DNA of 64,000 bases from a virus (taxonomy: Duplodnaviria > Caudoviricetes). Under the pieces are notes generated by a model, which had not been told where the DNA came from, did no database searches, and saw nothing but the letters and a program-made list of their open reading frames with translations. Position 1 is the first letter of the stretch, and each line of letters begins with the position of its first letter. This document shows, one piece after another, positions 29,217 to 37,990 of the stretch. Where the stretch lies: the IMG/VR virus record IMGVR_UViG_3300031992_000011; one strand, given 5' to 3'. A program made the position numbers and the translations under genes.

Positions 29217-31310
29217 ATGGTTATCATGTTGTCAGAAAACAGTTTTGACCGCAAGGTGAACAAATTCCTGAGCGGTTACACGGGCGGTGGGTTCTCGTCG
29301 GTGCGCGAGTTCCTGCTTAAGGGACTCTACGGGAAATTACCTGAGATGAGATGCATCAAAAATCCAGAGACAGTTTCTGACGTGGTCCGATGGTTTTTCA
29401 ACCCGGACGGAAGCGTGAAGAATGCCGAATATGTGAATGATTTCCGTGCGATACTCAAGTCGCTCATAGATAAAGACGGGGTTGACAAGATACAGAATTT
29501 CACGCACGGTTTTGAACTTCTGTCATTCATGAAAACTTTCGGACATCTGACACCGCGCGAAAAGAACCATATCCCGCGCAACTCGTCAAGAAAGTCAGTA
29601 AAGGCGGACAACGGTTACACTGTAACAAGGATAGATTCGTTCGATGAGATGACGCGTGCGCCGTTCGGCGACAGCTGGTGCATCGGTCAAGACCGCGAAT
29701 GGTGGGACGAATTCGCTGACGAGTCGGTTTCCACTGTATATATGGTGGTGAGGTCTGACGCAGCGCAAGCAAGGCCGTCCACAATGATGGATGACGACGA
29801 AGAGGTCACCGCAGACGAGTATTTCTCCGGAATTGACAGTTACACAGATTCGCTGCGTAGCGGAAAGTGGGGGTCTCTCGGTTCAGGAAGGTATCCGTAC
29901 GACAGTTACGGCATGTCCGCGATGGTTGTGATAAGTTACGAGAATGGTATGCATGAAGTGTGGTCGAGGTACAATATGAGTGGAAAGGACGGAGACTATC
30001 TGAGCAAGGGTCAGATGTCCAAACTACTCGGAGCACCATTCGAGACTCTTTTCCCGTACGTCAACTACACCATCAGCGAAAGTGCGCTGAACGAAAGCGA
30101 ATACGCCTACCATCTGACCGGCAGGGCGTCGGACGGGAGCAGAATCAACCATGACATGCGCCCTTACGGTAGCGAAGGCAGAGTGATGATGACGCAAGGC
30201 AGGGACACCGGCCATTTCGGGAGCGGGACTTACTTCTCCACATATACGTTCGGGGGATATGAAGGTCTGCCAAAATACGGAGAAGGAAACAACGATCCGC
30301 ATTTCATACAGATCAAGGACGGCGTGTACCGTGTCGACCTGGACTTGTACAAGAACCTGTACAGGGTAGAGAGCGAGGACGAGGGGGACATTCTGTTCTC
30401 GACACTCAAGTTGCTCAATGAATTCTTTAACCGCGTGACGGACGAGGATTTTGTCGGCAAAAAAGAACCTAACTACAACAACGCCGGTATATACCAGGTC
30501 GTCAGACGGAACTGTTCGGTGCTCGGACTGAAGTGCCCGTCATACTATGAACTGACAAGGATGGCGCAGTCGCACAAGGGTGTGCAGTCGTTCTCGACCC
30601 TTTTCATGGAATGGAACGGTTTTAATGGCGTTAACGTATGCGGACTGTACAGGTTTGACAACACGACGCATGGTTCTGTGATATATGACCTGTCGAAGAC
30701 GGGGTCGGCAATAGTGCCCGTCAAGAAGGCGAAATACTTTAGTCCTAAAGTGACATCACGGTACGGTTACGTCAACACTGACGGGAAATATGACGATGAT
30801 GAGATGCTTGCCCTCACATCCCCATATTACATTCCGGAAGAAGAAACTTTCAAGAAAATGCCTTTCAACAGACAGGTGAGAATATTGAAAAACATGATCA
30901 GTAACGGCAAGGTTGTCCGTTTTTGGACGTTTGAATCGTGCTTTTCTGACAAACTTAAGAAACTATATCTTCAGTTGGTGTTCAACAACCGCGACAAGTC
31001 GCGATACGGTGAAATGGTCGGAAGTGTCATGTTGGGAGGTGATGATAAGTACAGATGGCGTAAATATATCGTGGAGAATGGTCTGTACTATTGGGCCGGA
31101 TATTACAACAACCGAGTGTCAGGTCTTACAGCCATAATGTCCGAACTTGACGACTGGAACCTTGATGACGACGAGAACAAGAAACAGAACCTTGCCAACT
31201 TCAAGAACCTCATGCGCTATGTGAAACGTCCGTTGGAACTTGATGAACTCACAGCAATCCACGAATACACAGGCGTGTGGTTTGACTATGACGGCAATCC
31301 TGAAAAATGA
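29217..31310 (+). CDS. Bipartite late protein; second module ADP-ribosyltransferase-like (tentative)
   Basis: TATTTA at 29206-29211; internal ISESALNESE linker followed by AYH..., GHFGSGTYFST and GFNGVNV. Confidence 0.5.
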   Translation: MVIMLSENSFDRKVNKFLSGYTGGGFSSVREFLLKGLYGKLPEMRCIKNPETVSDVVRWFFNPDGSVKNAEYVNDFRAILKSLIDKDGVDKIQNFTHGFELLSFMKTFGHLTPREKNHIPRNSSRKSVKADNGYTVTRIDSFDEMTRAPFGDSWCIGQDREWWDEFADESVSTVYMVVRSDAAQARPSTMMDDDEEVTADEYFSGIDSYTDSLRSGKWGSLGSGRYPYDSYGMSAMVVISYENGMHEVWSRYNMSGKDGDYLSKGQMSKLLGAPFETLFPYVNYTISESALNESEYAYHLTGRASDGSRINHDMRPYGSEGRVMMTQGRDTGHFGSGTYFSTYTFGGYEGLPKYGEGNNDPHFIQIKDGVYRVDLDLYKNLYRVESEDEGDILFSTLKLLNEFFNRVTDEDFVGKKEPNYNNAGIYQVVRRNCSVLGLKCPSYYELTRMAQSHKGVQSFSTLFMEWNGFNGVNVCGLYRFDNTTHGSVIYDLSKTGSAIVPVKKAKYFSPKVTSRYGYVNTDGKYDDDEMLALTSPYYIPEEETFKKMPFNRQVRILKNMISNGKVVRFWTFESCFSDKLKKLYLQLVFNNRDKSRYGEMVGSVMLGGDDKYRWRKYIVENGLYYWAGYYNNRVSGLTAIMSELDDWNLDDDENKKQNLANFKNLMRYVKRPLELDELTAIHEYTGVWFDYDGNPEK

Positions 31311-31313
31311 CTG

Positions 31314-31901
31314 TCATCCTCTGTCGAACGTCCTGTGCGCGTTACATCCGATATAGTTCCCGACGACAACACACATATAGTCAACAGCGAGCGTCATGTC
31401 CGGCATGCCTCCGCATGACAGATAGAAGGCGTCCGCTATGCTGTGCGCGAAACCGCACAGTATGAATACGGGCACACCGAACAGCAAAGGAAGGAACTTT
31501 CCGTTTCTCGCGAATTTTACCGCCGTTGTCATGATAAAACCGCACCCCGCGCCGAGAGCGACAAGTCTCAGTGGTCCGGCGGCAATCCTCGCCTCTGCGA
31601 TTGCCGCGCACTTGTCCGCAATGACGTCCCCCGTCATACGGTAATATCCGGCCACAGCGAGGCAACCGATGATGTTCCCGGCGAGTATCGTCGCAAGTCC
31701 GAAATGTTCTTTCAATGTGCTGACGAAACCGGCGGTCCCTGTATACAGTCTCAACCGCCAATGCACGACAGACAGAAGTCCGAATGCGAAAAGAACGGCG
31801 CCTGCGACCCCTCCGACACGCAAGTTGACGACACATCCGATTGATATGCAGACGCCGGCCATCACGGAAGACATGAAGGCGTCAACATGTTTTTTCATCA
31901 C
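31314..31901 (-). CDS. Formate/nitrite transporter (FNT) family channel, short form
   Basis: Hydrophobic; AGVCISIG, LFAFGL...LYTG, GNIIG, FILCGFAHSIAD and GNYIG are FNT motifs. Confidence 0.85.
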   Translation of the reverse strand: MMKKHVDAFMSSVMAGVCISIGCVVNLRVGGVAGAVLFAFGLLSVVHWRLRLYTGTAGFVSTLKEHFGLATILAGNIIGCLAVAGYYRMTGDVIADKCAAIAEARIAAGPLRLVALGAGCGFIMTTAVKFARNGKFLPLLFGVPVFILCGFAHSIADAFYLSCGGMPDMTLAVDYMCVVVGNYIGCNAHRTFDRG

Positions 31902-32259
31902 CGTCGATCAGTAAATCCATCATGTGCTTCCTCGCCAGTAACTCGGACACCGTTTTCTCTGCCTCACCAAGGTTGCATTCAATGCATCCTTTGACATACG
32001 TCGCCGGTTCTTTCTCGTCACATGAGACGCTGTGGAAAGACCGTGGCAAGCGGATATTTGACTCTTTTGTGCCGGAAGGCAGAAATATGGTGCGGATTGA
32101 ACCGTTGTTTGTCATTTTCACGACAATAACAGACCCTATGCACCTGTCGCTTTCGGTGGCGGTAAGTATGTCAATCACCGTCCCGACACGGATGACTTCG
32201 TCATTGTAAAAATACAGTTTGTCACCCTTTTGACAATCATTCAGTCGCTTTGTCTCCAT
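31882..32259 (-). CDS. Hypothetical protein (125 aa)
   Basis: Overlaps both neighbours in the operon. Confidence 0.65.
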   Translation of the reverse strand: METKRLNDCQKGDKLYFYNDEVIRVGTVIDILTATESDRCIGSVIVVKMTNNGSIRTIFLPSGTKESNIRLPRSFHSVSCDEKEPATYVKGCIECNLGEAEKTVSELLARKHMMDLLIDGDEKTC

Positions 32260-33130
32260 CGTTTTTATTCTTTTGCTCCTCTTTTTTCTTTTTTTCCTTC
32301 GGTTTAGGCGGTTGCTTGATCATTGTCTTTCCGGACGTCCTGAAATTCTCAAGTCGCTTCTTCGAGAACTCAACCTGTGCCGCCGAAAGTTCGCATCCTA
32401 TGCAGGACATGTCAAAACCGCGCTCCGCGGCGAACTTCTCAACCGCTATCGCCGTGGTCCCTGTGCCCATGAACGGATCCATCACCTTGCATCCGTCCGT
32501 GGCGTATATCTCAAGCAACGCCTCGCACAGTGCTGTCGAATATGTCGCCTTGTTCAGGTCGCAAGCGCCGTCATTGTTCGGCGCCTCGATGAAATTGAAC
32601 ATGTTCTCGAAATACAACTGTCCTGTGTCCTCTCTCTTTGTCTTCACCTTTTTGTTGGCGCGATAGGTCATGAACTCGTCTTTTCGGCACAGCACGAAGA
32701 CAAACTCCGTGATGCGGGTCATTTTGTTCTTTGACACGTTGTTTGGGAGCGCTGACGATTTCTTCCACACGATACAGTCGCCCACCGTGAAGTTGGTCTG
32801 CTCTATTATGCTTCCCATTGCCAGCCACAATGTGTCAGGATTCTCGTTCCCGTAACTGATGTTATACAGCACTACACCGTCCTTCGCCAATATGCCGTCG
32901 AAGAGTTTGAACAGTTCAACCGTCCAGTCGCGGTATTCGTACTGGTTCATGTTGTCAAGGCAGATGTCATAGCGCCGGTTGTATGTGTCTATCGCCTTTT
33001 GTGTTTTCACTGTGCTGCGGCTTGTCGAATACGGAGGTGACGTCAGTATGATGTCGACCTTGTAGTCCGTGGCGGCCTGACGCTTCATCACGTCAATGCA
33101 GTCCTCGTTCTTGAAGTATATCTTTGCCAT
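32237..33130 (-). CDS. N4-cytosine/N6-adenine DNA methyltransferase (beta class)
   Basis: ILTSPPY precedes VMDPFMGTGTT; GCELS. Confidence 0.9.
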   Translation of the reverse strand: MAKIYFKNEDCIDVMKRQAATDYKVDIILTSPPYSTSRSTVKTQKAIDTYNRRYDICLDNMNQYEYRDWTVELFKLFDGILAKDGVVLYNISYGNENPDTLWLAMGSIIEQTNFTVGDCIVWKKSSALPNNVSKNKMTRITEFVFVLCRKDEFMTYRANKKVKTKREDTGQLYFENMFNFIEAPNNDGACDLNKATYSTALCEALLEIYATDGCKVMDPFMGTGTTAIAVEKFAAERGFDMSCIGCELSAAQVEFSKKRLENFRTSGKTMIKQPPKPKEKKKKEEQKNKNDGDKATE

Positions 33131-33141
33131 TTCTATTCTTG

Positions 33142-33357
33142 TTAGTATGGTAAAACTATAGAAAACAGTCGCGATAGTGCTTGGTCTCTGGCATCTGTCA
33201 GCAACTTGTCAAGTTCGTCGTCGTTGTACATCTTCCGAAAAAGTTCCTGCATTTTTTCAGTCACGCACACTTGTTCTCTTGTGTTGCAACTTTCATACGT
33301 TTTTCGCACCTTTGTATATGCGTCGTACATGTTTTTGGGTCTGAATTCTGTTCTCAT
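33142..33357 (-). CDS. Small hypothetical protein (71 aa)
   Basis: First gene after the host-type promoter at 33392-33424. Confidence 0.65.
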   Translation of the reverse strand: MRTEFRPKNMYDAYTKVRKTYESCNTREQVCVTEKMQELFRKMYNDDELDKLLTDARDQALSRLFSIVLPY

Positions 33358-33391
33358 CGGTTGGTTTATATTTGCATTTTAAATTTTTGCA

Positions 33392-33424
33392 CAAAGTTAA
33401 TGTGTAGAAACGGAATTAAACAAA
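33392..33424 (-). promoter_or_regulatory. Bacteroidota housekeeping-type promoter
   Basis: TTTG-N21-TAACTTTG. Confidence 0.75.
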
Positions 33425-33443
33425 CGTTTTAACATAAAAAAAG

Positions 33444-34016
33444 TTAATTCATGTTTGCTTGCTGATACAATGAGTTTATCAGCATGTTCTGCGCCTCAAT
33501 GAATGCCACATTGTGCTTCAGTGTGTCCGGCATTTCACGGTCTTCCGGATGTGCGATATACTTGATAATGTCAGCCACCTCCGTGAAATATCCGGAAGCG
33601 CATGATATGAAATCATCGACGTTCTCCTTGATTTCCTTGTTCTTGTCCGAGACGTATTTCTTTATGTCCTGAATTTGTGACCACGCCGTCGTGAGTTTCA
33701 CGTCGATACTCGAATCCATGAACTTGTCGCGCAGCACATCCTCTATGGCGTCACACATCTGTGTCACCTGATTGATGTGGCGTTGTGTGCGGCAGAAACC
33801 GGTGTAATCGTCAAAGAGCAGCGCCTCTTCGTCATTAGACGCGACATCTTTGAATATTTTTGATGCGGCTTCGATGTCAATGAAATAGTTCTTCGACATC
33901 ACAGTCTCGTCGAGGACGAAAACGCCTTTCGGGAACGCGTAGTCTCCGATGCTGTTCATCTTCAGGTTCTTTCTCACGCTGTACAATGCAATTTGTCTGT
34001 AATCAATGTCTTCCAT
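33444..34016 (-). CDS. Hypothetical protein (190 aa)
   Basis: ORF preceded by TTTG-N21-TACCTTTC at 34027-34059. Confidence 0.75.
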   Translation of the reverse strand: MEDIDYRQIALYSVRKNLKMNSIGDYAFPKGVFVLDETVMSKNYFIDIEAASKIFKDVASNDEEALLFDDYTGFCRTQRHINQVTQMCDAIEDVLRDKFMDSSIDVKLTTAWSQIQDIKKYVSDKNKEIKENVDDFISCASGYFTEVADIIKYIAHPEDREMPDTLKHNVAFIEAQNMLINSLYQQANMN

Positions 34017-34070
34017 CTTTTTTTTGGAAAGGTAATGAAAAAATCAGGTATAATGCAAATTCTAATTGTT

Positions 34071-34200
34071 AAAAAAACAAAAAGACACTATGCTCACGCA
34101 CCGTGTCCTTTCTACCTCTTTGATGTTATGAAAAAATTTGCCCTAAATGAAAAACTTTAGTTTCGTTACGAACATCCGTACTGTCTCAGTAAAGACATCC
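34071..34200 (-). ncRNA. Candidate stand-alone small RNA (~130 nt)
   Basis: Own TTGA-N20-CATATT promoter (34207-34236); only 10-codon ORFs on this strand; two UUUUUCAU motifs; GUGA-tetraloop terminator at 34081-34110. Confidence 0.5.
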
Positions 34201-34264
34201 GTTGTTAATATGTATGTCGCTGTATCATTTTTTCAACCCCATATATGTTTTTTGTCCGGATTTT

Positions 34265-35413
34265 TTAGATGGCGTAAATTCCCAATGGTGTACCGGCCAG
34301 TACCTTCTTCATGTCGTCGACAAGTTCGCCTTGCCGCTTCATTGTCTCATACGGGTTCATCCTCTGCAATCGCTCCTTGAGGTCTGTCATCGCATTTTCT
34401 CTTTCTTTCTGCCCAAGCGTCATCAGCATGTTGTAATCCATCTGCACTGGACTTGCTATCATGTTTATCGAGCCTGAGAATTTTCCTCGTATCAGCGCGA
34501 GTGTCTCACACGCAATGCCAAAGAGAATCTGCCTAACAATCACTTTTGTGGGAGCGTTCAGCAACGAATAGTCTATCTCGGCCAACGGCACTTGATCCGG
34601 AGAAAGTAGCACGTCCGGGTTGTCCACCCTGCATTCGTCGACATTGTCCGCCGTTACATCATAGTATGTGTACCACACGTAACAGTTGTTCAGCCCGAGA
34701 TAACCCTGTCCGCCCGCGCCGAATGTGAGCCTGCTGCCGGGCGTGGACATCAGATGTATCAGGTGCGTCCCGTCAGGACCGGCAGTCACCTTGTATGTGA
34801 GGTCGCTGCGGATGAACTGGTTCTTGTATTTCAGATCCGCTGACATTGTGGCTATGTCGGCGAACGGTATCGCATATAGACCGACACCCATTCCGTATGC
34901 GCTTGACATTCCGCCGAACGCGACGGCGGACCCGAGTCCCATCTGTCCGGTGACGCCCCCTCCGAATCCCACACTGTATCCGGCGAAATTCGCCCACAGC
35001 GCGGCGTCTGACGTCGGAGGTGTCACCCACAGCACCTTGTTTATCTCACGTCCGGCCGGGACGACATACACCTGCCTTCCTTCCTCTATTTTGAAAAAAT
35101 CCTTCTTGAGTTCCCATTTGCCTTGCTGCTGAAGTCCTACATTCTTGCTGAACCACTGCGAGTAGTCCTTTGCCAGGTCAAGCGTCCTGACCGACAGCGC
35201 AAACGCGAGGTCTATGTTTGTCGTGTTCTTTCCGTAAAGGTTGGCCCAGTTGCTCTCAATAATGAAATTCTGAACCTTCTCGGCATAGTCTCCGACCGCC
35301 TGTTCAAGAAGGTCGCAAAGCGCGTCGTCGGTCAGTTCAACCTTCCTCACCGGCGCGCCAAGTCTGCTTCTTATCTGTTTGAACAATTTGTGTTTTTCCT
35401 CGTTGAGAATCAT
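34265..35413 (-). CDS. Neck/head-completion protein, T4 gp13-like
   Basis: QIRSRLGAPVRKVELTDD..DLLEQAV..Y N-terminus and IRGKFSG....SPVQMDY C-terminus. Start at MILNEE; TATTTA at 35434-35439. Confidence 0.75.
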   Translation of the reverse strand: MILNEEKHKLFKQIRSRLGAPVRKVELTDDALCDLLEQAVGDYAEKVQNFIIESNWANLYGKNTTNIDLAFALSVRTLDLAKDYSQWFSKNVGLQQQGKWELKKDFFKIEEGRQVYVVPAGREINKVLWVTPPTSDAALWANFAGYSVGFGGGVTGQMGLGSAVAFGGMSSAYGMGVGLYAIPFADIATMSADLKYKNQFIRSDLTYKVTAGPDGTHLIHLMSTPGSRLTFGAGGQGYLGLNNCYVWYTYYDVTADNVDECRVDNPDVLLSPDQVPLAEIDYSLLNAPTKVIVRQILFGIACETLALIRGKFSGSINMIASPVQMDYNMLMTLGQKERENAMTDLKERLQRMNPYETMKRQGELVDDMKKVLAGTPLGIYAI

Positions 35414-35509
35414 ATGATGATAGTATCTTTCTGTAAATATCTGAAAAAACATAACACCCGTTTGTTCTCTTCCACTATTTATGTGTACAGTAAAATCTCT
35501 ATAAATAAA

Positions 35510-35752
35510 ATGGAAAGAATTAGTGAAGCACGTCTTAGGAAGATAGTGAAGGAAAGTGTAAGGCATGCGCTGAATGAAGGGACAACAAACCAGGAAGACT
35601 TCAACATATGCGACGAGATATTCGACATGTGGACAGGTAGGCAAGTCTGGGAGTTCATCTACAACATGCTGAACAGTGACCAGATACACGAGATAGCGGA
35701 AGAGCTTGTCGACGCCGGTTTCTACGACGACGGATACGACACGGAAGAATGA
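35510..35752 (+). CDS. Small acidic protein with LxE leader (80 aa)
   Basis: MERISEARLRKIVKESVRHALNEG; TATTTA at 35476-35481. Confidence 0.75.
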   Translation: MERISEARLRKIVKESVRHALNEGTTNQEDFNICDEIFDMWTGRQVWEFIYNMLNSDQIHEIAEELVDAGFYDDGYDTEE

Positions 35753-35771
35753 ATCACACCAGCAGTCACGG

Positions 35772-36173
35772 ATGGCACAGCAGTTTTTCATAACAAAGGG
35801 TTCCACACTCCCGAGTTTACGTCTTGAGGCGATTCATGACGGGAGGCATGATTTCCGCAACCTTTATATAGCGCTTCAGAACGCCGACGTCACATTCTCG
35901 ATGTCGGAACAGTCGACCGGAATAAAGCGGATAGCGAACGCAAAGGCGTATGTGGTCGAGAAGGCGGATTCAGGATGCGAGGAGGCATACGTGCTGGAAT
36001 ACAGATGGAACAAGAGGGACACGGCGGAATCCGGCACTTACATCGGACAGTTCCACATCGTGTTCAACGACGACCTTGTGATGGATGGCATGTCCTTCCC
36101 GAAGGGGGAGATGTACGTCCCCATCGCGGAGGATCTGCTGATAACCGTCAGCGACGCCGGAATCAAAATTTAA
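35772..36173 (+). CDS. BppU N-terminal-like (baseplate/fibre adaptor) protein
   Basis: FFITKGSTLP.L...NADVTFSM...YRW..RDT..SG.YIGQF.I.F. Confidence 0.55.
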   Translation: MAQQFFITKGSTLPSLRLEAIHDGRHDFRNLYIALQNADVTFSMSEQSTGIKRIANAKAYVVEKADSGCEEAYVLEYRWNKRDTAESGTYIGQFHIVFNDDLVMDGMSFPKGEMYVPIAEDLLITVSDAGIKI

Positions 36174-36189
36174 TAACCGCCAACGACAA

Positions 36190-36732
36190 ATGAAGACAAA
36201 ACTGACGCAAAAACAAAAGTCTGTCCTCAATGAGGTGCGTTCGATGATGGACAAACTCGAGAATAACCCTTATGGCCGGACAATCGACAATCCTGAATCA
36301 GACGGTTTCGGACGGTTTAATCCGGGTAATGGACGGCCGGATATTGACAACCCGTCATTGCCGCGCATCAAGAACAGACCCACAAACGAAAAAGTTGACG
36401 AGAAACTGATCGCAGACATCAGCGAGTCTGTCATGCGTGCGCTGAACGAAATGAACTACAACGGCATCGACGACATAATCGAAACCGCATATAATGACTA
36501 CGACTGCGGGCAGAAATACTGGGAGATTGTGCGCATGCTGCGCAAGAAAGTGGAACATGGCACCGAACTGGACCTTGGCGTACTATACAAGTCGTCAATG
36601 ATGGACAAATATTGCCGTTTCTGCTACCGTAAACTTGGAATAGGAAGACGAGACATAAATCCTAACAGTTCGCCTCAGATGTTCAAGAGGACGATGGCGA
36701 AACGAATGATAGATGACGTTTACAATTATTAA
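36190..36732 (+). CDS. Hypothetical protein with N-terminal and internal LNE motifs (180 aa)
   Basis: SVLNEVRSMM and IADISESVMRALNEM. Confidence 0.75.
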   Translation: MKTKLTQKQKSVLNEVRSMMDKLENNPYGRTIDNPESDGFGRFNPGNGRPDIDNPSLPRIKNRPTNEKVDEKLIADISESVMRALNEMNYNGIDDIIETAYNDYDCGQKYWEIVRMLRKKVEHGTELDLGVLYKSSMMDKYCRFCYRKLGIGRRDINPNSSPQMFKRTMAKRMIDDVYNY

Positions 36733-36741
36733 TTAAAAGAA

Positions 36742-37014
36742 ATGAGCAAGATAACAAACGGCCTGATTGAGCGATTCGGCACAGACAAAGTGCTTCACTT
36801 CCTTGGAGGGGCTTGGATAACGGCACTGTTCGGCGTGCTCGGATGGTGGGGTTTGATCGCAAGTTTTGTCGCCGTGTTCGTGTTGTCATATATCAAGGAG
36901 GAATTTCTTGACGACAAATTTGACAAGGTCGACATACAGGCGGCGCTGATTGGAAGTGCCGCTAGCGCTGTCATGTACAGCATAATCAGACTGATTTACA
37001 GTCTATTCGCTTAA
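36742..37014 (+). CDS. Small membrane protein (VanZ-like DKxxH motif)
   Basis: DKVLHF followed by three hydrophobic segments. Confidence 0.65.
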   Translation: MSKITNGLIERFGTDKVLHFLGGAWITALFGVLGWWGLIASFVAVFVLSYIKEEFLDDKFDKVDIQAALIGSAASAVMYSIIRLIYSLFA

Positions 37015-37029
37015 AATCACCAATCTTAG

Positions 37030-37476
37030 TCACACATACTTCAGGAGCATATCGCGCCTTGCGAGCATGCTCTCAAGTTCGTCCTCGGCCTCGGCGAACT
37101 GTATGACAATCCGGCACGGTTCCGGATACTCGTCCGCCTCGTCAAGGTTCTCGGAAGCCAACGCGATGCATCGGTCGCGGCAGTCCTGCATGCTGAAGCA
37201 GCAGTTGTCTTGCGCCACGTCCAGTTTCACGGTCGTCTTGAGTTCCGCGACACGTTCGTATTGGGATGAATCCGGAACCATCAGTTCGCGGTTTGCGACA
37301 CACGCCGGTTTCTCCGACCATCCCTCCGAGAACGTGTCCTCAGGCGTGCTCGACAGAAATATGTGGTATATGTTCATCCCGTCCGAGTTTTGCCCTATCG
37401 GAAGCACATACACGACAAACAGATTATCGTCGTCTTCGTCAACGAACCCTATTTCTTTGTCTAAATTTTCATCCAT
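37030..37476 (-). CDS. Hypothetical acidic protein (148 aa)
   Basis: Last gene of the helicase/exonuclease operon. Confidence 0.75.
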   Translation of the reverse strand: MDENLDKEIGFVDEDDDNLFVVYVLPIGQNSDGMNIYHIFLSSTPEDTFSEGWSEKPACVANRELMVPDSSQYERVAELKTTVKLDVAQDNCCFSMQDCRDRCIALASENLDEADEYPEPCRIVIQFAEAEDELESMLARRDMLLKYV

Positions 37477-37990
37477 GTTTCTGTTCCTCCAACAATTTTA
37501 TGTGGCATTCGCCACACGCCATCGCGTCGTCAATCGCGGAATGGTGCTTTTCGAGAATGACACCGAGTCTGTCGCATACGCTGTCCAATGTGTGCGTGCT
37601 GATGTCCGTGAGCAGACTGCGGCTTTCTTTCAGCGTGTCTATATACCGGTAATCCGAATTGGTGCCGAAAAAATCAGAGCATGCGTTGATGCAGCTTTTC
37701 TCGAACGCGGCGTTGTGCGCCACGATCGGACTGTCGCCTATCATCTTGTCGACAGTTTCCCACACCGAAGGAAATGAAGGCGCGTCCTTCACGTCGTCAT
37801 AGCACAAACCGTGTGTCATGACGCAGTAGTAATTTTCGCTTTTAGACGGCGGGCATACGAGACTGTGAAATTTCTCAACAGGTCTGCCATTCTCAAAAAC
37901 AACACAACCGACGCTGCACACAGTAGCGCGCCACGTGTCAAGAATTTCAAAGTCCAACGCAACAAACCTGTCTTTCCGTCCATCATCCAT
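37469..37990 (-). CDS. DEDDh 3'-5' exonuclease (DnaQ/epsilon-like)
   Basis: FVALDFE, VAHNAAFE, IDTL and HHSAIDDA. Confidence 0.9.
   Translation of the reverse strand: MDDGRKDRFVALDFEILDTWRATVCSVGCVVFENGRPVEKFHSLVCPPSKSENYYCVMTHGLCYDDVKDAPSFPSVWETVDKMIGDSPIVAHNAAFEKSCINACSDFFGTNSDYRYIDTLKESRSLLTDISTHTLDSVCDRLGVILEKHHSAIDDAMACGECHIKLLEEQKHG

Noticed and set aside
35414-35806. Long N-terminal extensions in the ORF track (34265-35806, 35123-35752, 39851-41392, 37990-40185)
   Set aside because: The extensions run across divergent promoters and opposite-strand genes; downstream ATGs next to promoter motifs are better starts.
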